Source of the DNA: Macrostomum hystrix
Taxonomy: Eukaryota; Animalia; Platyhelminthes
Reading direction: 5' to 3'
NCBI GenBank assembly: GCA_950097015.1
Contig: CATNEN010000001.1
Location: forward strand, 7,006,001 to 7,070,000
Length of the DNA stretch: 64,000 nt
The notes under the pieces were generated by a model, which was given only the letters and a program-made list of their open reading frames with translations, was not told where the DNA came from and searched no databases. Position 1 is the first letter of the stretch, and each line of letters opens with the position of its first letter. Shown piece by piece: positions 56,210 to 64,000 of this stretch. Position numbers and translations under genes: made by a program.

Positions 56210-59200
56210 ATGACAAGCTTGTTTACGGATGAGGTGAGTGAATATGCTTTTTTAATTATTTTAGTTCGTCTATCGATGTACCCTCGCTTTCAGTCCATGG
56301 ACTGGAGGAATTGCATATTAGAGTCGAAAATTCTGTATAAAAATAAAACACAGTTTATCCCTCAGCCTCTCCGCTGAGTTCTCTTATCAGAAAACTCGTC
56401 ACAAACCTGTGTAGAAGAAAAAGAGGAAGAGGATTTCGTTATCTACAAGAAACTAGGGATTTAGCTGTTCCAGAGAAACGTCTATTTGTAATCATTCCTA
56501 ACTAAGACTCCCCTAACCCAGCACAGAGATAAACACAGAGGGACCGGCAGAGCTGCAGCATTTGCGGCATAACTAAACATTCGTTTGCTTGCTAAAGGAT
56601 TTTTTAATTAAGCATGTGCCCTGACCCCCCACCTCCTGCACCTACCTCCCAACCCATCTCAAACTGACGGCTGCTGCAAGCTTTGGGAAAACTCAACAGG
56701 AGGGGGTGGGAGACTCAAGCCACCAATCGTGCTGCATCTGCACCTGTTGAATATCCATCAGCCATTTCCGTGTTTGCATAGCTGCGTTGACAAATGTTTT
56801 ATAATTGATTGGCCGCAAATAACTATAGATACTCAGTTTATATCGGCTGATTTCTCATCATAGGGTACTGATTTCAGCTGGGGGACAAAGACATCAGTTA
56901 GCGCTGTTACTTCATCTTTGCAGGAGAAAAGCTCAAACTCTGACCTGCTATCCGCAATGCCCATTTTGATTTTAGGTAGATCCCAGGCCATCCGCCACCC
57001 CATCTATCTGCCCCCTGTCCATCTGCCCCCTGTCCATCCGCCCCCTGTCCATCCGCCCCTGTCCATCCGCCCCTGTCCATCCACCCCCTGTCCATCTGCC
57101 CCCTGTCCATCCGCCCCTGTCCATCCGCCCCTGTCCATCAACCCTAGGATGCCCTGTGCAATGTAATTCTAAATAATTAGTTTCCCAAATCCAACCTGCA
57201 GCTGGCGGCCGCGTTTCAAAAGCGCGAGCATCACCAGCTCATGCTTCAGCTGGAGCAACTGTACGCAGCCGCAGCCGCAACGCATCGGGGGAACCCAGCG
57301 ATGGCTCTGCAGCATCAGCAGCAGCATCAGCACGCGTCGCAGCCGCCGCCGTCGGTGCCTGCGCCGCCATTTCCGCCGATGTCCGCGATGTCGTCAACTC
57401 CAGGATCATCCGGTCCGCATCCGCAGGGTCGCTTTCCGCCGAGTCTATTCAACTCGTTCGGCCAACTGCTGCCACCGCCGCCGCCACCGCCTCCTTCGCA
57501 GCTCAATACGTCGTCAAATTCAGCTGGACGCTATCTGCCACCAGGTCTGCCGCCGCCGCCGCCGCCTCCCCCGATGCCTCCAGCAGCTTTGCATCACATG
57601 CTGGCGGGACTGCATCAGGCTGCCAACGCTGCGGCTGTTGCAGCCGCCGCAGCGGCAACTTCGGCTACAAATGTCAAAGGTGGCAGCGTTGGCGTCGGTG
57701 GATCGGTGTTCGAGCCAGGTAAAATAATTGATGCGGCTTTGTAGTTTTGTTTATTTGTAATGCCTAATTTATTCTTGAGGTCACTGACGGGTTAAAACAC
57801 AAAAACAATGTTTTAAAATCTCTTTTAGCAAAGTTGGCCTATAAAAGCTAAAAGGCTAGGAAAGAAATTTTGTCGACTAAGGTGACCCAACCGTGACCCA
57901 CAGGCCTCAAGCTCATTTTAGTTCTCAACGTGCGGATCATTGTCATTCTAGATTGTTACACAACCGGCGTCAGTTAGACTGTCATGATGATTTCACGGCT
58001 ATAAATAAGATAGCACGGAGTTTTTAAAAAGAAATGATGGAATCCGCTCATTGCTAAATTGGCCAATTGAAAGCTGACTTCAAAACTGACTTCTCCCATT
58101 TCAACAGCAGCCGGCAGTTTCACCTGCGGCGAGTGCGGCAGCCAGTTCAAGACCATCAGCTCGCTGCGCAGGCACGAGACCTCCGTGTGTCGCAATCCGA
58201 ATGCGGACATTGCAGAGAAGAGGAGGACACTGCTGCGCTGCAACTCGGAGAGTGTCGCCAAGGCCCTTCTGCATCAGCAGCATTCCACACCCTACAGAGG
58301 TGTAACGAACGCGAACACGGCAGCAGTGTCCGGCGCCTCGTTTGAAGACAGCAGCAGTCGAAGGTTAGTCAGGAATGATGTCTTTAGTAGCCACGATGTG
58401 CGAAGGACCAAGGACTTTGTACTGATACGAATTATTTTACATTATTTTAGCATTGAGTCAATCGGCAATCGGGATCTGAGCCATCAACGTCAGCAGCATT
58501 GCCGTCAAGACCAGCTGGTCGACGATTCGGAAGTTGCTGAAGTCAGCGTCGGCGTCGAACACGAACTGGATGCTGAACCTGAAGAAGACGAAGCCATCCC
58601 TGATGAGGATTTCGACGAGCCAGTCGAGGACGAAGAGGACGACGATTTGCTGATCGGTTGTCGGCTGAACTACTGCTCGGAGGATTTGAGTGGAGGCGAT
58701 CCGGATCTGGAGGACAACGGTGAAGGTCACCACCTGCTGGATCCGGCCGGTTATCCTGGCCCCAGGGGCGGCGGAAGCGGCGGTGGAGGCGGTCGCAGCG
58801 AGTCGAGGCCGCACGCCTGCCCGATCTGTGACAAGGGCTTCGGCACCAGCAGCGGTTTGAAGCAGCACATGCATATTCACGGCACGCACAAGCCGTTCCA
58901 ATGCGATGTGTGCAAGAAAAGCTACACGCAGTTTTCAAACCTGTGCCGGCACAAACGGATGCAGCCGTCCTGCCGCCAGAAGGTCAGCTGTCCCGGCTGT
59001 GATCAGCTATTCTCTACGGCGCACTCGCTAGATAAGCACAGAAGAACCTGCCACAGCTCTGGTGGCGGCGAAAGACGCACGGAGCATCGTCGAGCCAGCC
59101 CGAGCAAGACTGGTGGCGGCGGTGGACATCGTCATCATCACCATCATCAGCAGCAGCAGCATTCACATAGGTCCGCCTCGATGCAAGCTCCGCCAGTGTT

Positions 59201-60812
59201 GCCGCCACTTCTGTCACCGCAGCAGCATCAGCAGCCACACCCGTCTCTGCCGATGCCTCCGCCGCCGCCGCCGCCGCCACCGCCGATGCTGCCGCCGTTC
59301 TTTCCCGGGCACCATCCACATCGCCACATGCTGATGCCTGACTGGCCAACAGAGCTGCAACAGCAGCAGCAGCGCGCTCCGTGGCCAATGCCGCCCCCGC
59401 CGCCGCCGCCAATGTCGAATCACTCGCACGCCGCGGAAATTACCGGATTTTACCGCGACCTGCAGCGCCAGTTTTTGCAGTCGATTGCGACCGCGGCCGC
59501 GGCTGCAGGCTCACCTGCCCAGCGTCAGCTGGAGATGCAGCAGCAGCTGCGGCAGAAGCCCTTCCAGCTACCAAAGTTGAGCCCTCCGGCGCTGCCTCGA
59601 CAAACGTCATCGACGCCACCAGAGCCGCAGCAGCAGCCGCAGCAGCAGCCGCAGCATCGGCAGCCGTCGCCACCCCAGCATCGTGTGAAGCCGGAGCTTG
59701 AAACGAACCTCGACGATCAGTGCTCGCCTCCGAGTCAGCCAGACCGCTTGTCCCCGTCCACAGTCCAGTCGCAGTCATCGAGCGAACGCAAAGCGTCTAA
59801 GTTGGACGGAAAGTGTCCAGTGGAAGCTCAAAATGACGCAACTGATGAGTGCAAAGTCGGATTGCCGCTCGATCTCAGTGTCCCAAAACGGTTCGACGAT
59901 CAGGCTAGCACTGGCTCCGAGGAGATTAAGGAAGAGCAGCAGCAGCTGACAGACGACGAAGACGTTGCGAACGAAGCGCTGGGACAGCGAAGTGACACTG
60001 AATCTGAGCATCAAGCGCCGTTGCAGAGAAAGCGTCAGTGGACATCACCGTCTGCGCCAATACCAACAGTGGCTGCCAAGCAGACCAAGCTTTCGCCAAC
60101 ACCGCAGCAGCAGCAACAAAATAACAGTGCCAGCAGCTGCAGCAGCAACAGCAACTCCAGTCTTCTAGCACTGCCCAAAGTGATGGATCCGACTGCATTC
60201 TGGAGCATGGTCAATCGTCGCTTTGTTTCGTCCGGTGACGGCGTCAACTCGGAGACGACATCGCAGAGCGCTCAACCATCTCAGTTTCATCATCATCATC
60301 ACCACCAGAGGCATCACAGCGACGGAGCTGGCAACGTCAACTCGGGCAGTCAGCTGATGCGTCGCGGACGTCACACCTGCGAGTTCTGTGGCAAGTCGTT
60401 TCCGCGCGCCGCCAACTTGTCGCGCCACATCCGCACCCACACCGGCGAGCAGCCGTACCAGTGTCCCATTTGTGACCGCGCCTTCAGCATCAGCTCCAAC
60501 ATGCAGCGCCACTTGAAGAACATCCACCAGAAGAAGAGACCGTTCGAGTGCTCAACATGCTCTAGACGATTCGGCCAGCGGGCTAATCTTGAGCGTCACC
60601 TGCGTAATCACGAACGCTTCGGAAACGCCATACCAGAGTCCGAAGATCCGCGCACCGACGAAGACGAAGACGACGACTTCTACGATGCCGAAGAGGAGGA
60701 AGATGTTGAAGAGGACCTCCTGGGCGATGATGGCGAAGATGAAGACGCTGTTGAGCCTCACATGATACCCTCAGTAATGGAGCTGGCCGTACCAGCTTCA
60801 GACGAAATCTAA
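56210..60812 (+). CDS. mecom: Evi1/MECOM-PRDM16 (hamlet/egl-43) family zinc-finger transcription factor, ~1052 aa; exons 56210-56233, 57202-57718, 58108-58363, 58451-60812
   Basis: [12 protein letters not shown] and [14 protein letters not shown] fingers; PLDLS CtBP-binding motif; C-terminal [41 protein letters not shown] fingers; acidic tail; splice phases consistent; first micro-exon (MTSLFTDE|GTGAGT) is less certain. Confidence 0.9.
56990..57140. repeat. 14-15-bp C-rich repeat (CTGTCCATCCGCCCC)
   Basis: Tandem periodicity in the putative first intron. Confidence 0.88.
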
Positions 60813-61569
60813 AGACCTCTCGCTGCTTGGTGTTGGTGTGACTTATTCGTTGAATACTCTAGTGTGTTTATTCTGTTTATCACTGTGTTCTTATCTCTGT
60901 CGCCGCAGCCACCACACCTGCCCATTTATAGCATATAAATGCAATATCAGCTTCAGTATCGCACGGTAAATTATTTCTTGTTTTGTTTTGTTCTGTTTTT
61001 TTGCAATCGCAAACAAAAAATTGCCTATTTGATTGCTACTTATAAAAACACTCGCGAAGTAAATTTTCTTTGCTTAACAATTTTCGAGGCAAAAATCTCA
61101 ATTTGTACATTTTTTGTTGCTGATTCCAAATTCTCTATGCTTGTTTTTTCATCTCTCTTGCATAGTGCGTGATTCGATTCAAAGGTTGCATAAGTAGAGT
61201 ACTTGAAAAGTGTTTCTGTCTCAATCAATGTGTAGGTAATGCTCATGTTGTCACTTTGTCTGTCTTTTACACAATCTTTATTAGTGAACTAGACGGAACT
61301 ATTGCTAATTTAGTTCTCAATTGATTACCAGATTTTATTCACATTGCTTCATGTTGTATCCTAATTCCCGAGCCCTGGTCAGTTGGTTGCAAACAGTTTT
61401 TTAGCCTTTGCAAAATAAATTATTGCATGCACATGAAACTTATGTTAAAGTTAAAATAATATACTATGTGTTTAGGTATTTGCATGTTTAGAAAACACTA
61501 CAATCTGAAGTCGAAAGACTAACAATGAAATTTGTTTCTTTCTGAATTTCTAAACTTTTGTAGATGCGC

Positions 61570-62187
61570 TCTCATCTCTCCCATGTCTCATCTCTCCCCT
61601 GCCTCATCTCTCCCATGTCTCATCTCTCCCATGTCTCATCTCTCCCATGTCTCATCTCACCCATGTTTCATCTCTCCCATGTCTCATCTCTCCCCTGCCT
61701 CATCTCTCCCATGTCTTATCTCTCCCATGTCTCATCTCTCCCATGTCTCATCTCTCCCATGTCTCATCTCTCCCATGTCTCATCTCTCCCGTGGCTCATC
61801 TCTCCCGTGGCTCATCTCTGCCATGTCTCATCTCTCCCATGTCTTATCTCTGCCATGTCTCATCTCTCCCATGTCTCATCTCTCCCATGTCTCATCTCTC
61901 CCATGTCTCATCTCTCCCATGTCTCATCTCTCCCGTGGCTCATCTCTCCCATGTCTCATCTCTCCCCTGCCTCATCTCTCCCATGTCTTATCTCTCCCAT
62001 GTCTCATCTCTCCCATGTCTCATCTCTCCCATGTCTCATCTCTCCCATGTCTCATCTCTCCCGTGGCTCATCTCTCCCGTGGCTCATCTCTGCCATGTCT
62101 CATCTCTCCCATGTCTTATCTCTTCCATGTCTCATCTCTCCCATGTCTCATCTCTCCCATGTCTCATCTCTCCCATGTCTCATCTCT
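61570..62187. repeat. 16-bp minisatellite (ATCTCTCCCATGTCTC)
   Basis: Tandem periodicity; same family as the arrays at 34657 and 48150. Confidence 0.95.
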
Positions 62188-63349
62188 AGATACCTTAATA
62201 TATACTCACATATTGTCGGTGCTGATAAGAAATAGAAATATCATTTTAATTACGACCTCAAAGTCACGTGATTCAGTTAATTTAGAGTTCAATGAAAAAG
62301 CTGCTCATCATAAAGCAATCGCGCAAAGCGCTCTCGATTTCAGCCATCTTCAGTGAAGAGATTTTTTGTTTAAACTCCCCCCTTCTCTAACTGTACGAGG
62401 ATCTCATCTTAACAATTGAGAAGATGAGAAAAAGAAGAGCTGATGAAACAAACTCGGCAAACTCCGTAAGAAAAACAATGGCCAACTGTGCTCAATTGTG
62501 TGGAGAATTTGGTGGTGGCAAATTAATAGAATTTCCCTTCCCTCCCGATCCATCCCTTATTTAAGCAATCTCAGCAGCAGCAGCAGCAGCAGGCCATTCA
62601 CACGCCTCACCTATGTGAGAATAGCTGCGGCTGGGTGGTAGAGGCAACTCAACAACAATAAAAAGTGAGACGGCTGGTGGATGGGGTGGACCAGAAGACT
62701 CTGGAGTTGCCAGAATTCAATCTGCGGCTCTCTAACCCTCGATCCAAGCCAAAATTAAGATGCAGCGAGCCAGCCATAGAGCTTAGCGGTGAGAAACTGA
62801 TTGGGACAACACCTGCTGAGGGGACACAAACACACACAGATTTCTAGCCAGGAATCTCTTAATGTAGATTGAAGAAAATTGGTTTTGAATTCCTTAACTC
62901 AAACTGGTCTCTAGCCAGTTTTCTCACCTATACTCACACACTCTCAGTCACCCCCGCTTCCCTATCCTCCTATTTCATCCTGCTTCATCACACCCCCCAC
63001 CTAGCTCATGCTACCAAAACCTTCACAATTCATCGAACAAAGAAGTCAATTTAACTTGACTTAGCCGGACTTTCAGCAGGGTTTTGGTGGGCCATATTTG
63101 TCCAACACAACAGCGCGTCACAGGCTGTGTCAATATGCGGAACCCAAAAGTGGACATGCTTTGAGTCTGTACCATCTTCCCCCAACTGGGAGCTTCAATC
63201 TTTCACGACCTTCTCTAACCTCAATCCAAGTAGGACTTACATATTAGAAGTCGACTGAGGTGAGCACTGCTCACCGTTTAAAGCTTTCCTCTTTTGGCTG
63301 CTGGTCTTCTTTTTTTTCATCTACTGGCCTCGTCTCTCTCTACAAACAT

Positions 63350-63420
63350 GCAGCAGCAGCAGCAGCAGCAGCAGCGGCAGCAGCAGCAGCAGCGGCGGCG
63401 GCAGCAGGGGCAGCAACAGC
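63350..63420. repeat. (CAG/CGG)n microsatellite
   Basis: Simple repeat. Confidence 0.85.
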
Positions 63421-64000
63421 CAGACCCAATTGATTGCTTGGAGTTGGTTGATTGGAAATTGTTCGCCAGCTTCTTTAGCTATGCAGTTAAAAAATGATTT
63501 CTTCCCATGAAGCCTCTCTTTCCCAACCCTAAATCCCGTCCCAATGCCTAAGTGGACCTTCCAGGAAGACTTTGCTGGCGAGTGGAGAATCTAATCTTAC
63601 CTTGCTTTCTTAGAGGCGGGTTTTCAGTTGGAGGAAGAGAGACGAATAGATTCAGGCAAAATAAGAAGACGAAATATTGTGGCTAAGTTATTCTCAAAAA
63701 ACACAGCTAGAGAGGGAGGGAGATGAGATGAGAGCTTAGAAGGCCGTCCGCGCTTTCGAGAGTGACCTGAGAATGGATGAAGAGAGAGAGAGAGTCCTGC
63801 TACAGAAGAAGTGTTTGCCAAGCATCAGAAAGTGATAGATTCCCAGGTGTATCTTCCCATGGTTGGGCATTGCGGTGACCGTGCTGGGGAGGTAGGGCTC
63901 TGTAAACCTCTTCGCTCCGAGACCATCTCAGAGGACTCACCTTAACGAATTCCATCTCAGATCTTGGTGACTCGTTCAAATATAACTCATGAGCAATATT

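Noticed and set aside
61532-62356. 274-aa ORF
   Set aside because: Translation of the 16-bp satellite
63294-63497. Poly-Q ORF that could be a first exon
   Set aside because: Short, microsatellite-driven, and no downstream exon is visible in the window

Overview
Eukaryotic (metazoan) genomic DNA. The GC-rich exons, AT-rich spacers and minisatellite-filled introns resemble a free-living flatworm such as Macrostomum; this is an inference, not verified. Most short ORFs in the track are artefacts of tandem repeats. Genes reconstructed by hand from splice sites and phase: a deoxynucleoside kinase (minus, 2 exons); a Shark/HTK16-like SH2-ankyrin-SH2-tyrosine-kinase gene whose kinase lacks the catalytic Asp (minus, 5 exons); three intronless NHL-type beta-propeller paralogues; an LRCH-like gene (minus, 7 exons); and an Evi1/MECOM/PRDM16-family zinc-finger gene (plus, 4 exons). 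Mobile DNA: an intact Ty3/Gypsy element with identical 207-bp LTRs and an AGGCT TSD inserted in one NHL gene, a decayed Gypsy fragment, five tRNA-derived SINEs, and a hAT-type MITE loaded with a 16-bp satellite. About 25 minisatellite arrays are present. Most interesting leads: (1) a candidate Shark-pseudokinase to dNK operon in which a spliced-leader AUG would create a mitochondrial presequence; (2) a head-to-head NHL pair with a gene-converted 640-bp core and a fresh LTR positioned to drive a fold-back RNA; (3) an intronic minisatellite built from tandem RFX X-box motifs.
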